From Eledone cirrhosa (Eukaryota), in assembly GCA_964016885.1 (NCBI GenBank), contig OZ024742.1, forward strand, positions 143,654,001 through 143,718,000: 64,000 nt of DNA, given 5' to 3'. Shown one piece after another: positions 36,501 through 51,500 of this stretch. Each line of letters starts with the position of its first letter. Within the stretch, counting starts at the first letter, position 1. A program made the position numbers and the translations under genes. The notes below the pieces were generated by a model, which searched no databases, was not told the DNA's origin, and worked only from the letters and a program-made list of their open reading frames with translations.

Positions 36501-39500
36501 TTGTTGTGATGGTGGCAGTGGTGTGATAATAGTGTTGTTGTTGTGATGGTGGCAGTGGGGTGTTAATGGTGTTGTTGTTGTGGTGGTGGCAGTGGTGTCA
36601 TAATGATGTTGTTGTTGTTGTGATGGTGGCTTTGGTGTGATAATGGTGTTGTTGTTGTCATAGTGTCAGTGGTGTGATAATGGTGTTGTGGTTGTAGTGA
36701 TGGTGTCAGTGGTGTGATAATGGTGTTGTTGTTGTTGTGATGGTGGCAGTGGTGTGATAATGGTGTTGTTGTTGTTGTGATGGTGGTACTGGTGTGATAA
36801 TAGTGTGGTTGTTGTGATGGTGGTAGTGGTGTGATAATGGTGTTGTTGTTGTGATGGTGGTAGTGGTGTGATAATGGTGTTGTTGTTGTGATTGTGGCAG
36901 TGGTGTGATAATGGTGTTGTTGTTGTTGTGATGGTGGTAGTGGTGTGATAATGGTGGTGTTGTTGTTGTGATGGTGGTAGTGGTGTGTTAATGGTGTTGT
37001 TGTTGTGATGGTGGTAGTGGTGTGATAATGGTGTTGTTGTTGTTGTGATGGTGGTAGTGGTGTGATAATGGTGTTGTTGTTGTTGTGATGGTGGCAGTGG
37101 TGTGATAATGGTTTTGTTATTGTTGTGATGGTGGTAGTGGTGTGATAATAGTATTGTTGTTGTTGTGATGGTGGTAGTGGTGTGATAATGGTGTTGTTGT
37201 TGTGATGGTGGTAGTGGTGTGATAATGGTGTTGTTGTTGTGATGGTGGTACTGGTGTGATAATGGTGTTGTTGTTGTGATGGTGGCAGTGGTGTGATAAT
37301 GGTGTTGTTGTGATGGTGGTAGTGGTGTGATAATGGTGGTGTTGTTGTTGTGATGGTGGTAGTGGTGTGTTAATGGTGTTGTTGTTGTGATGGTGGTAGT
37401 GGTGTGATAATGGTGTTGTTGTTGTTGTGATGGTGGTAGTGGTGTGATAATGGTGTTGTTGTTGTTGTGATGGTGGCAGTGGTGTGATAATGGTTTTGTT
37501 ATTGTTGTGATGGTGGTAGTGGTGTGATAATAGTATTGTTGTTGTTGTGATGGTGGTAGTGGTGTGATAATGGTGTTGTTGTTGTGATGGTGGTACTGGT
37601 GTGATAATGTTGTTGTTGTTGTGATGGTGGCAGTGGTGTGATAATGGTGTTGTTGTTGTTGTGATGGTGGTAGTGGTGTGATAATGGTGTTGTTGTTGTT
37701 ATTGTGATGGTGGCAGTGGTGTGATAATGGTGTTGTTGTTGTGATGGTGGTAGTGGTGTGATAATAGTGTTGTTTTTGTGATGGTGGCAGTGGTGTGATA
37801 ATAGTGTTGTTGTTGTGATAGTGACAGTGGTGTGTTAATGGAGTTGTTGTTCTTGTTGTTGTGATGGTGGTACTGGTGTGACAATGGTGTTGTTGTTGTG
37901 ATGGTGGTAGTGGTGTGATAATGATGTTGTTGTTGTGATGGTGGTAGTGGTGTGATAATGATGTTGTTGTTGTGATGTTGGTACTGGTGTGATAATGGTG
38001 TTGTTGTTGTGATGGTGGCAGTGGTGTGATAAGGATGTTGTTGTTGTGATAGAGGTAGTGGTGTGATTATAGTGTTGTTGTTGTGATGGTGGCAGTGGTG
38101 TGATAATGGTGTTGTTGTTGTGATGGTGGTAGTGGTGTGATAATAGTGTTGTTGTTGTGATGGTGGCAGTGGTGTGATAATGGTGTTGTTGTTGTGATGG
38201 TGGTAGTGGTGTGATAATAGTGTTGTTGTTGTGATGGTGGCAGTGGTGTGTTAATGGTGTTGTTGTTGTGGTGGTGGCAGTGGTGTGATAATGGTGTTGT
38301 TGTTGTTGTGATGGTGGCTTTGGTGTGATAATGGTGTTGTTGTTGTCATAGTGGCAGTGGTGTGATAATGGTGTTGTTGTTGTGATGGTGGCAGTGGTGT
38401 GATAATGGTGTTGTTGTTGTGATGGTGGTACTGGTGTGATAATGGTGTTGTTGTTGTGATGGTGGCAGTGGTGTGATAATGGTGTTGTTGTTGTTGTGAT
38501 GGTGGTAGTGGTGTGATAATGGTGTTGTTGTTGTGATGGTGGCAGTGGTGTGATAATGGTGTTGTGGTTGTTGTGATGGTGGTAGTGGTGTGATAATGGT
38601 GTTGTTGTTGTTGTGATGGTGTCAGTGGTGTGATAATGGTGTTGTTGTTGTTGTGATGGTGGCAGTGGTGTGATAATGGTGTTGTTGTTGTTGTGATGGT
38701 GGTACTGGTGTGATAATAGTGTGGTTGTTGTGATGGTGTTAGTGGTGTGATAATGGTGTTGTTGTTGTGATGGTGGTAGTGGTGTGATAATGGTGTTGTT
38801 GATGTGATGGTGGAAGTGGTGTGATAATAGTGTTGTTGTTGTGATGGTGGCAGTGGTGTGATAATGGTGTTGTTATTGTTGTGATGGTGGTACTGGTGTG
38901 ATAATAGTGTTGTTGTTGTGATGGTGGCAGTGGTGTAAAAATGGTGTGGTTGCTGTGATGGTGGTAGTGGTGTGATAATGGTGTTGTTGTTGTGATGGTG
39001 GTAGTGGTGTGATAATGTAGTTGTTGTTGTTGTTGTGATGGTGGCAGTGGTGTGATAATGGTGTTGTTGTTGTTGTGATGGTGGTAGTGGTTTGATAATG
39101 GTGTTGTTGTTGTTGTGATGGTGGTAGTGGTGTGTTAATGGTGTTGTTGTTTTGATGGTGGGAGTGGTGTGATAATGGTGTTGTTGTTGTTGTGATGGTG
39201 GTAGTGGTGTGATAATGGTGTTGTTGTTGTTGTGATGGTGGCAGTGGTGTGATAATGGTTTTGTTATTGTTGTGATGGTGGTAGGGGTGTGATAATAGTA
39301 TTGTTGTTGTTGTGATGGTGGTAGTGGTGTGATAAAGGTGTTGTTGTGATGGTGGCAGTGGTGTGATAATGGTGTTGTTGTTGTGATGGTGGTAGTGGTG
39401 TGATAATAGTGTTGTTGTTGTGATGGTGGTAGTGGTGTGTAATGGTGTTGTTGTTGTTGTGATGGTGGCAGTGGTGTGATAATGGTGTTGTTGTTGTGAT

Positions 39501-42500
39501 GGTGGCAGTGGTGTGATAATAGTTTTATTGTTGTTGTGATGGTGGTAGTGGTGTGATAATGGTGTTGTTATTGTTGTGATGGTGGCAGTGGTGTGATAAT
39601 GATGTTGTTGTTGTGATGGTGGTAGTGGTGTGATAATAGTGTTGTTGTTGTGATGGTGGCAGTGGTGTTATAATGGTGTTGTTGTTGTTGTGATGGTGGC
39701 AGTGGTGTGATAATGGTGTTGTTGTTGTGATGGTGGTAGTGGTGTGATAATGGTGTTGTTGTTGTGATGGTGGTAGTGGTGTGATAATGGTGTTGTTGTT
39801 GTGATGGTGGTAGTGGAGTGATAATAGTGTTGTTGTTGTGATGGTGGTAGTGGTGTGATAATGGTGTTGTTGTTGTTGTGATGGTGCTAGTGGTGTGATA
39901 ATGGTGTTGTTGTCATGATGGCGGCAATGAGGTGATAATGGTGTTGTTGTTGTAATTGTGGTAGTGGTGTGATAATGGTGCTGTTGTTGTTGTGATGGTG
40001 GTAGTGGTGTGATAATGGTGTTGTTGTTGTGATGGTGGTAGTGGTGCGATGATGGTGTTGTTGTTGTGATGGTGGTAGTGGTGCGATAATGGTGTTGTTG
40101 TTGTGATTGTGGCAGTGGTTTTATAATGGTGTTGTTGTTGTGATTGTGGCAGCGGTGTGATAATGGTGTTGTTGTTGTGATTGTGGTAGTGGTGTGATAA
40201 TGGTGTTGTTGTTGTGATGGTGGTAGTGGTGTGATAATGGTGTGGTTGTTGTGATGGTGGTAGTGGTGTGATAATGGTGTTGTTGTTGTGATGGTGGTAG
40301 TGGTGTGATAATAGTGTTGTTGTTGTGATGGTTGTAGTGGTGTGTAATGGTGTTTTTGTTGTTGATTGTGGCAGTGGTGTGATAATGGTGTTGTTGTTGT
40401 TGTGATGGTGACAGCGGTGTGATAATGGTCTTGTCGTTGTTGTGGTGACAGTGGTGTTATAATGGTGTTGTTGTTGTGATAGTGGCAGTGGTGTTATAAT
40501 GGTGTTGTTGTTGTTGTGATGGTGGCAGTGGTGTGATAATGGTGTTGTTGTTGTGATGGTGGTAGTGGTGTGATAATGGTGTTGTTGTTGTGATGGTGGT
40601 AGTGGTGTGATAATGGTGTTGTTGTTGTTTTGATGGTGGTAGTGGTGTAATAATGGTGTTATTGTTGTTGTGGTGGTGGCAGTGGTGTGATAATAATGTT
40701 GTTGTTGTGATAGTGGCAGTGGTGTGATAATGGTGTTGTTGTTGTTGTGATGGTGACAGTGGTGTGATAATTGTCTTGTCGTTGTTGTGGTGGCAGTGGT
40801 GTTATAATGGTGTTGTTGTTGTGATAGTGGCAGTGGTGTTATAATGGTGTTGTTGTTGTTGTGATGGTGGCAGTGGTGTGATAATGGTGTTGTTGTTGTG
40901 ATGGTGGTAGTGGTGTGATAATGGTGTTGTTGTTGTGATGGTGGTAGTGGTGTGATAATGGTGTTGTTGTTGTGATGGTGGCAGTGGTGTGATAATGGTG
41001 TTGTTGTTGTGATTGTGGCAGTGGTGTGATAATGGTGTTGTTGTTGTTGTGATGGTGGTAGTGGTGTGATAATGGTGTTGTTCTTGTTGTGATGGTGGCA
41101 GTGGTGTGATAATGGTGTTGTTGTTGTTGTGATGGTGGCAGTGGTGTGATAATGATGTTGTCGTTGTGATGGTGGTAGTGGTGTGATAATAGTGTTGTTG
41201 TTGTGATGGTGGCAGTGGTGTTATAATGGTGTTGTTGTTGTTGTGATGGTGGCAGTGGTGTGATAATGGTGTTGTTGTTGTGATGCTGGTAGTGGTGTGA
41301 TAATGGTGTTGTTGTTGTGATGGTGGTAGTGGTGTGATAATGGTGTTGTTGTTGTGATGGTGGCAGTGGTGTGATAATGGTGTTGTTGTTGTGATGGTGG
41401 CAGTGGTGTGATAATGGTGTTGTTGTTGTTGTGATGGTGGTAGTGGTGTGATAATGGTGTTGTTGTTGTGATGGTGGCAGTGGTGTGATAATGCTGTTGT
41501 TGTTGTGATGGTGGCAGTGGTGTTATAATGGTGTTGTGGTGTTGTTGTTGTGATGGTGGTAGTGGTGTGATAATGGTGTTGTTGTTGTCATGGTGGCAGT
41601 GGTGTGATAATGGTGTTGTTGTTGTTGTGATGGTGACAGTGGTGTTATAATGGTGTTGTTGTTGTTGTGATGGTGGCAGTGGTGTGATAATGGTGTTGTT
41701 GTTGTTGTGATGGTGGCAGTGGTGTGATAATGGTGTTGTTGTTGTGATGGTGGTAGTGGTGTGATAATGGTGTTGTTGTTGTGATGGTGGTAGTGGTGTG
41801 ATAATGGTGTTGTTGTTGTGATGGTGGCAGTGGTGTGATAATGGTGTTGTTGTTGTGATTGTGGCAGTGGTGTGATAATGGTGTTGTTGTTGTTGTGATG
41901 GTGGTAGTGGTGTGATAATGGTGTTGTTCTTGTTGTGATGGTGGCAGTGGTGTGATAATGGTGTTGTTGTTGTTGTGATGGTGGCAGTGGTGTGATAATG
42001 ATGTTGTCGTTGTGATGGTGGTAGTGGTGTGATAATAGTGTTGTTGTTGTGATGGTGGCAGTGGTGTGATAATGGTGTTGTTATTGTTGTGATGGTGGTA
42101 CTGGTGTGATAATAGTGTTGTTGTTGTGATGGTGGCAGTGGTGTGATAATGGTGTGGTTGCTGTGATGGTGGTAGTGGTGTGATAATGGTGTTGTTGTTG
42201 TGATGGTGGTAGTGGTGTGATAATGGTGTGGTTGTTGTGATGGTGGTAGTGGTGTGATAATGGTGTTGTTGTTGTGATGGTGGTAGTGGTGTGATAATAG
42301 TGTTGTTGTTGTGATGGTTGTAGTGGTGTGTAATGGTGTTTTTGTTGTTGATTGTGGCAGTGGTGTGATAATGGTGTTGTTGTTGTTGTGATGGTGACAG
42401 CGGTGTGATAATGGTCTTGTCGTTGTTGTGGTGACAGTGGTGTTATAATGGTGTTGTTGTTGTGATAGTGGCAGTGGTGTTATAATGGTGTTGTTGTTGT

Positions 42501-45500
42501 TGTGATGGTGGCAGTGGTGTGATAATGGTGTTGTTGTTGTGATGGTGGTAGTGGTGTGATAATGGTGTTGTTGTTGTGATGGTGGTAGTGGTGTGATAAT
42601 GGTGTTGTTGTTGTTTTGATGGTGGTAGTGGTGTAATAATGGTGTTATTGTTGTTGTGGTGGTGGCAGTGGTGTGATAATAATGTTGTTGTTGTGATAGT
42701 GGCAGTGGTGTGATAATGGTGTTGTTGTTGTTGTGATGGTGACAGTGGTGTGATAATTGTCTTGTCGTTGTTGTGGTGGCAGTGGTGTTATAATGGTGTT
42801 GTTGTTGTGATAGTGGCAGTGGTGTTATAATGGTGTTGTTGTTGTTGTGATGGTGGCAGTGGTGTGATAATGGTGTTGTTGTTGTGATGGTGGTAGTGGT
42901 GTGATAATGGTGTTGTTGTTGTGATGGTGGTAGTGGTGTGATAATGGTGTTGTTGTTGTGATGGTGGCAGTGGTGTGATAATGGTGTTGTTGTTGTGATT
43001 GTGGCAGTGGTGTGATAATGGTGTTGTTGTTGTTGTGATGGTGGTAGTGGTGTGATAATGGTGTTGTTCTTGTTGTGATGGTGGCAGTGGTGTGATAATG
43101 GTGTTGTTGTTGTTGTGATGGTGGCAGTGGTGTGATAATGATGTTGTCGTTGTGATGGTGGTAGTGGTGTGATAATAGTGTTGTTGTTGTGATGGTGGCA
43201 GTGGTGTTATAATGGTGTTGTTGTTGTTGTGATGGTGGCAGTGGTGTGATAATGGTGTTGTTGTTGTGATGCTGGTAGTGGTGTGATAATGGTGTTGTTG
43301 TTGTGATGGTGGTAGTGGTGTGATAATGGTGTTGTTGTTGTGATGGTGGCAGTGGTGTGATAATGGTGTTGTTGTTGTGATGGTGGCAGTGGTGTGATAA
43401 TGGTGTTGTTGTTGTTGTGATGGTGGTAGTGGTGTGATAATGGTGTTGTTGTTGTGATGGTGGCAGTGGTGTGATAATGCTGTTGTTGTTGTGATGGTGG
43501 CAGTGGTGTTATAATGGTGTTGTGGTGTTGTTGTTGTGATGGTGGTAGTGGTGTGATAATGGTGTTGTTGTTGTCATGGTGGCAGTGGTGTGATAATGGT
43601 GTTGTTGTTGTTGTGATGGTGACAGTGGTGTTATAATGGTGTTGTTGTTGTTGTGATGGTGGCAGTGGTGTGATAATGGTGTTGTTGTTGTTGTGATGGT
43701 GGCAGTGGTGTGATAATGGTGTTGTTGTTGTGATGGTGGTAGTGGTGTGATAATGGTGTTGTTGTTGTGATGGTGGTAGTGGTGTGATAATGGTGTTGTT
43801 GTTGTGATGGTGGCAGTGGTGTGATAATGGTGTTGTTGTTGTGATTGTGGCAGTGGTGTGATAATGGTGTTGTTGTTGTTGTGATGGTGGTAGTGGTGTG
43901 ATAATGGTGTTGTTCTTGTTGTGATGGTGGCAGTGGTGTGATAATGGTGTTGTTGTTGTTGTGATGGTGGCAGTGGTGTGATAATGATGTTGTCGTTGTG
44001 ATGGTGGTAGTGGTGTGATAATAGTGTTGTTGTTGTGATGGTGGCAGTGGTGTGATAATGGTGTTGTTATTGTTGTGATGGTGGTACTGGTGTGATAATA
44101 GTGTTGTTGTTGTGATGGTGGCAGTGGTGTGATAATGGTGTGGTTGCTGTGATGGTGGTAGTGGTGTGATAATGGTGTTGTTGTTGTGATGGTGGTAGTG
44201 GTGTGATAATGGTGTTGTTGTTGTTGTTGTGATGGTGGCAGTGGTGTGATAATGGTGTTGTTGTTGTTGTGATGGTGGTAGTGGTGTGATAATGGTGTTG
44301 TTGTTGTTGTGATGGTGGTAGTGGTGTATTAATGGTGTTGTTGTTTTGATGGTGGGAGTGGTGTGATAATGGTGTTGTTGTTGTGATGGTGGTAGTGGTG
44401 TGATAATGGTGTTGTTGTTGTTGTGATGGTGGCAGTGGTGTGATAATGGTTTTGTTATTGTTGTGATGGTGGTAGGGGTGTGATAATAGTATTGTTGTTG
44501 TTGTGATGGTGGTAGTGGTGTGATAAAGGTGTTGTTGTGATGGTGGCAGTGGTGTGATAATGATGTTGTTGTTGTGATGGTGGTAGTGGTGTGATAATAG
44601 TGTTGTTGTTGTGATGGTGGCAGTGGTGTGTATTGGTGTTGTTGTTGTTGTGATGGTGGCAGTGGTGTGATAATGGTGTTGTTGTTGTGATGGTGGCAGT
44701 GGTGTGATAATAGTTTTATTGTTGTTGTGATGGTGGTAGTGGTGTGATAATGGTGTTGTTATTGTTGTGATGGTGGCAGTGGTGTGATAATGATGTTGTT
44801 GTTGTGATGGTGGTAGTGGTGTGATAATAGTGTTGTTGTTGTGATGGTGGCAGTGGTGTTATAATGGTGTTGTTGTTGTTGTGATGGTGGCAGTGGTGTG
44901 ATAATGGTGTTGTTGTTGTGATGGTGGTAGTGGTGTGATAATGGTGTTGTTGTTGTGATGGTGGTAGTGGTGTGATAATGGTGTTGTTGTTGTGATGGTG
45001 GTAGTGGAGTGATAATAGTGTTGTTGTTGTGATGGTGGTAGTGGTGTGATAATGGTGTTGTTGTTGTTGTGATGGTGCTAGTGGTGTGATAATGGTGTTG
45101 TTGTCATGATGGCGGCAATGAGGTGATAATGGTGTTGTTGTTGTAATTGTGGTAGTGGTGTGATAATGGTGCTGTTGTTGTTGTGATGGTGGTAGTGGTG
45201 TGATAATGGTGTTGTTGTTGTGATGGTGGTAGTGGTGCGATGATGGTGTTGTTGTTGTGATGGTGGTAGTGGTGCGATAATGGTGTTGTTGTTGTGATTG
45301 TGGCAGTGGTTTTATAATGGTGTTGTTGTTGTTGTGATGGTGGCAGCGGTGTGATAATGGTGTTGTTGTTGTGATTGTGGTAGTGGTGTGATAATGGTGT
45401 TGTTGTTGTTGTGATGGTGGTAGTGGTGTGATAATGGTGTGGTTGTTGTGATGGTGGTAGTGGTGTGATAATTGTGTTGTTGTTGTGATGGTGGTAGTGG

Positions 45501-48500
45501 TGTGATAATAGTGTTGTTGTTGTGATGGTTGTAGTGGTGTGTAATGGTGTTTTTGTTGTTGATTGTGGCAGTGGTGTGATAATGGTGTTGTTGTTGTGAT
45601 GGTGGTAGTGGTGTGATAATGGTGTTGTTGTTGTTGTGATGGTGGCAGTGGTGTTATAATGGTGTTGTGGTGTTGTTGTTGTGATGGTGGTAGTGGTGTG
45701 ATAATGGTGTTGTTGTTGTCATGGTGGCAGTGGTGTGATAATGGTGTTGTTGTTGTTGTGATGGTGACAGTGGTGTGATAATGGTCTTGTCGTTGTTGTG
45801 GTGGCAGTGGTGTTATAATGGTGTTGTTGTTGTGATAGTGGCAGTGGTGTTATAATGGTGTTGTTGTTGTTGTGATGGTGGCAGTGGTGTGATAATGGTG
45901 TTGTTGTTGTGATGGTGGTAGTGGTGTGATAATGGTGTTGTTGTTGTGATGGTGGTAGTGGTGTGATAATGGTGTTGTTGTTGTGATGGTGGCAGTGGTG
46001 TGATAATGGTGTTGTTGTTGTGATTGTGGCAGTGGTGTGATAATGGTGTTGTTGTTGTTGTGATGGTGGTAGTGGTGTGATAATGGTGTTGTTCTTGTTG
46101 TGATGGTGGCAGTGGTGTGATAATGGTGTTGTTGTTGTTGTGATGGTGGCAGTGGTGTGATAATGATGTTGTCGTTGTGATGGTGGTAGTGGTGTGATAA
46201 TAGTGTTGTTGTTGTGATGGTGGCAGTGGTGTTATAATGGTGTTGTTGTTGTTGTGATGGTGGCAGTGGTGTGATACTGGTGTTGTTGTTGTGATGCTGG
46301 TAGTGGTCTGATAATGGTGTTGCTGTTGTGATGGTGGTAGTGGTGCGATAATGGTGTTGTTGTTGTGATGGTGGCAGTGGTGTGATAATGGTGTTGTTGT
46401 TGTGATGGTGGCAGTGGTGTGATAATGGTGTTGTTGTTGTTGTGATGGTGGTAGTGGTGTGATAATGGTGTTGTTGTTGTGATGGTGGCAGTGGTGTGAT
46501 AATGCTGTTGTTGTTGTGATGGTGGCAGTGGTGTTATAATGGTGTTGTGGTGTTGTTGTTGTGATGGTGGTAGTGGTGTGATAATGGTGTTGTTGTTGTC
46601 ATGGTGGCAGTGGTGTGATAATGATTTTGTTGTTGTTGTGATGGTGGCAGTGGTGTGATAATGGTGTTGTTGTTGTTGTGATGGTGGCAGTGGTGTGATA
46701 ATGGTGTTGTTGTTGTGATGGTGGTAGTGGAGTGATAATAGTGTTGTTGTTGTGATGGTGGTAGTGGTGTGATAATGGTGTTGTTGTTGTTGTGATGGTG
46801 CTAGTGGTGTGATAATTGTGTTTTCATGATGGCGGCAATGGGGTGATAAGGGTGTTGTTGTTGTGATTGTGGTAGTGGTGTGATAATGGTGCTGTTGTTG
46901 TTGTGATGGTGGTAGTGGTGTGATAATGGTGTTGTTGTTGTGATGGTGGTAGTGGTGCGATAATGGTGTTGTTGTGATGGTGGTAGTGGTGTGATAATAG
47001 TGTTGTTGTTGTGATGGTTGTAGTGGTGTGATAATGGTGTTTTTGTTGTTGATTGTGGCAGTGGTGTGATAATGGTGTTGTTGTTGTTGTGATGGTGGTA
47101 GTGGTGTGATAATGGTGTTGTTGTTGTTGTGATGGTGGCAGTGGTGTGATAATGGTGTTGTTGTTGTTGTGATGGTGACAGTGGTGTGATAATGGTGTTG
47201 TTGTTGTTGTGGTGGCAGTGGTGTTATAATGGTGTTGTTGTTGTGATGGTGGCAGTTGTGTGATAATGGTGTTGTTGTTGTTGTGATGGTGGCAGTGGTG
47301 TGATAATGGTGTTGTTGTTGTTGTGATGGTGGTAGTGATGTGATAATGGTGTTGTTGTTGTGATGGTGGCAGTGGTGTGATAATGGTGTTGTTGTTGTGC
47401 TGGTGGTAGTGGTGTGATAATGGTGTTGTTGTTGTGATGGTGGCAGTGGTCTTATAATGGTGTTGTTGTTGTTGTGATGGTGTCAGGGGTGTGATAATGG
47501 TGTTGTTGTTGTGATGGTGGTGGTGCTGTGATAATGGTGTTGTTGTTGTGATGGTGGCAGTGGTGTGATAATGGTGTTGATGTTGTGATGGTGGCAGTGG
47601 TGTGATAATGGTGTTGTTGTTGTGATGGTGGTAGTGGTGTGATAATGGTGTTGTTGTTGTGATGGTGGTAGTGGTGTGATAATGTTGTTGTTGTTGTTGT
47701 GATGTTAGGTAGTGGTGTGATAATGGTGTTGTTGTGGTGATGGTAGCAGTGGTGTGATCATGCTGTTGTTGCTGTTGTGATGGTGGTAGTGGTGTGATAA
47801 TGGTGTTGTTGTTGTGATGGTGGCAGTGGTGTTATAATGGTGTTGTTGTTGTTGTGATGGTGGCAGTGGTGTGATAATGGTGTTGTTGTTGTGATGGTGG
47901 TAGTGGTGTGATAATGGTGTTGTTGTTGTGATGGTGGTAGTGGTGTGATAATGGTGTTGTTGTTGTGATGGTGGTAGTGGAGTGATAATAGTGTTGTTGT
48001 TATGATGGTGGTAGTGGTGTGATAATGGTGTTGTTGTTGTTGTGATGGTGCTAGTGGTGTGATAATGGTGTTGTTGTCATGATGGCGGCAATGAGGTGAT
48101 AATGGTGTTGTTGTTGTAATTGTGGTAGTGGTGTGATAATGGTGCTGTTGTTGTTGTGATGGTGGTAGTGGTGTGATAATGGTGTTGTTGTTGTTGTGAT
48201 GGTGGCAGTGGTGTGATAATGGTGTTGTTGTTGTGATGCTGGTAGTGGTCTGATAATGGTGTTGCTGTTGTGATGGTGGTAGTGGTGCGATAATGGTGTT
48301 GTTGTTGTGATGGTGGCAGTGGTGTGATAATGGTGTTGTTGTTGTGATGGTGGCAGTGGTGTGATAATGGTGTTGTTGTTGTTGTGATGGTGGTAGTGGT
48401 GTGATAATGGTGTTGTTGTTGTGATGGTGGCAGTGGTGTGATAATGCTGTTGTTGTTGTGATGGTGGCAGTGGTGTTATAATGGTGTTGTGGTGTTGTTG

Positions 48501-51500
48501 TTGTGATGGTGGTAGTGGTGTGATAATGGTGTTGTTGTTGTCATGGTGGCAGTGGTGTGATAATGATTTTGTTGTTGTTGTGATGGTGGCAGTGGTGTGA
48601 TAATGGTGTTGTTGTTGTTGTGATGGTGGCAGTGGTGTGATAATGGTGTTGTTGTTGTGATGGTGGTAGTGGAGTGATAATAGTGTTGTTGTTGTGATGG
48701 TGGTAGTGGTGTGATAATGGTGTTGTTGTTGTTGTGATGGTGCTAGTGGTGTGATAATTGTGTTTTCATGATGGCGGCAATGGGGTGATAAGGGTGTTGT
48801 TGTTGTGATTGTGGTAGTGGTGTGATAATGGTGCTGTTGTTGTTGTGATGGTGGTAGTGGTGTGATAATGGTGTTGTTGTTGTGATGGTGGTAGTGGTGC
48901 GATAATGGTGTTGTTGTGATGGTGGTAGTGGTGTGATAATAGTGTTGTTGTTGTGATGGTTGTAGTGGTGTGATAATGGTGTTTTTGTTGTTGATTGTGG
49001 CAGTGGTGTGATAATGGTGTTGTTGTTGTTGTGATGGTGGTAGTGGTGTGATAATGGTGTTGTTGTTGTTGTGATGGTGGCAGTGGTGTGATAATGGTGT
49101 TGTTGTTGTTGTGATGGTGACAGTGGTGTGATAATGGTGTTGTTGTTGTTGTGGTGGCAGTGGTGTTATAATGGTGTTGTTGTTGTGATGGTGGCAGTTG
49201 TGTGATAATGGTGTTGTTGTTGTGATGGTGGCAGTGGTGTGATAATGGTGTTGTTGTTGTTGTGATGGTGGTAGTGATGTGATAATGGTGTTGTTGTTGT
49301 GATGGTGGCAGTGGTGTGATAATGGTGTTGTTGTTGTGCTGGTGGTAGTGGTGTGATAATGGTGTTGTTGTTGTGATGGTGGCAGTGGTCTTATAATGGT
49401 GTTGTTGTTGTTGTGATGGTGTCAGGGGTGTGATAATGGTGTTGTTGTTGTGATGGTGGTGGTGCTGTGATAATGGTGTTGTTGTTGTGATGGTGGCAGT
49501 GGTGTGATAATGGTGTTGTTGTTGTGATGGTGGCAGTGGTGTGATAATGGTGTTGTTGTTGTGATGGTGGCAGTGGTGTGATAATGGTGTTGTTGTTGTG
49601 ATGGTGGTAGTGGTGTGATAATGTTGTTGTTGTTGTTGTGATGTTAGGTAGTGGTGTGATAATGGTGTTGTTGTGGTGATGGTGGCAGTGGTGTGATCAT
49701 GCTGTTGTTGCTGTTGTGATGGTGGTAGTGGTGTGATAATGGTGTTGTTGTTGTGATGGTGGCAGTGGTGTTATAATGGTGTTGTTGTTGTTGTGATGGT
49801 GGCAGTGGTGTGATAATGGTGTTGTTGTTGTGATGGTGGTAGTGGTGTGATAATGGTGTTGTTGTTGTGATGGTGGTAGTGGTGTGATAATGGTGTTGTT
49901 GTTGTGATGGTGGTAGTGGAGTGATAATAGTGTTGTTGTTGTGATGGTGGTAGTGGTGTGATAATGGTGTTGTTGTTGTTGTGATGGTGCTAGTGGTGTG
50001 ATAATGGTGTTGTTGTCATGATGGCGGCAATGAGGTGATAATGGTGTTGTTGTTGTAATTGTGGTAGTGGTGTGATAATGGTGCTGTTGTTGTTGTGATG
50101 GTGGTAGTGGTGTGATAATGGTGTTGTTGTTGTGATGGTGGTAGCGGTGCGATAATGGTGTTGTTGTTGTGATGGTGGTAGTGGTGCGATAATGGTGTTG
50201 TTGTCGTGATTGTGGCAGTGGTTTTATAATGGTGTTGTTGTTGTTGTGATGGTGGCAGCGGTGTGATAATGGTGTTGTTGTTGTGATTGTGGTAGTGGTG
50301 TGATAATGGTGTTGTTGTTGTTGTGATGGTGGTAGTGGTGTGATAATGGTGTGGTTGTTGTGATGGTGGTAGTGGTGTGATAATAGTGTTGTTGTTGTGA
50401 TGGTTGTAGTGGTGTGTAATGGTGTTTTTGTTGTTGATTGTGGCAGTGGTGTGATAATGGTGTTGTTGTTGTTGTGATGGTGGTAGTGGTGTGATAATGG
50501 TGTTGTTGTTGTTTTGATGGTGATAGTGGTGTAATAATGGTGTTATTGTTGTTGTGGTGGTGGCAGTGGTGTGATAATAGTGTTGTTGTTGTGATGGTGG
50601 CAGTGGTGTGATAATGGTGTTGTTGTTGTTGTGATGGTGACAGTGGTGTGATAATGGTCTTGTCGTTGTTGTGGTGGCAGTGGTGTTATAATGGTGTTGT
50701 TGTTGTGATAGTGGCAGTGGTGTTATAATGGTGTTGTTGTTGTTGTGATGGTGGCAGTGGTGTGATAATGGTGTTGTTGTTGTGATGGTGGTAGTGGTGT
50801 GATAATGGTGTTGTTGTTGTGATGGTGGTAGTGGTGTGATAATGGTGTTGTTGTTGTGATGGTGGCAGTGGTGTGATAATGGTGTTGCTGTTGTGATTGT
50901 GGCAGTGGTGTGATAATGGTGTTGTTGTTGTTGTGATGGTGGTAGTGGTGTGATAATGGTGTTGTTCTTGTTGTGATGGTGGCAGTGGTGTGATAATGGT
51001 GTTGTTGTTGTTGTGATGGTGGCAGTGGTGTGATAATGATGTTGTCGTTGTGATGGTGGTAGTGGTGTGATAATAGTGTTGTTGTTGTGATGGTGGCAGT
51101 GGTGTTATAATGGTGTTGTTGTTGTTGTGATGGTGGCAGTTGTGTGATAATGGTGTTGTTGTTGTGATGCTGGTAGTGGTGTGATAATGGTGTTGTTGTT
51201 GTGATGGTGGTAGTGGTGTGATAATGGTGTTGTTGTTGTGATGGTGGCAGTGGTGTGATAATGGTGTTGTTGTTGTGATGGTGGCAGTGGTGTGATAATG
51301 GTGTTGTTGTTGCTGTGATGGTGGTAGTGGTGTGATAATGGTGTTGTTGTTGTGATGGTGGCAGTGGTGTGATAATGCTGTTGTTGTTGTGATGGTGGCA
51401 GTGGTGTTATAATGGTGTTGTGGTGTTGTTGTTGTGATGGTGGTAGTGGTGTGATAATGGTGTTGTTGTTGTCATGGTGGCAGTGGTGTGATAATGATTT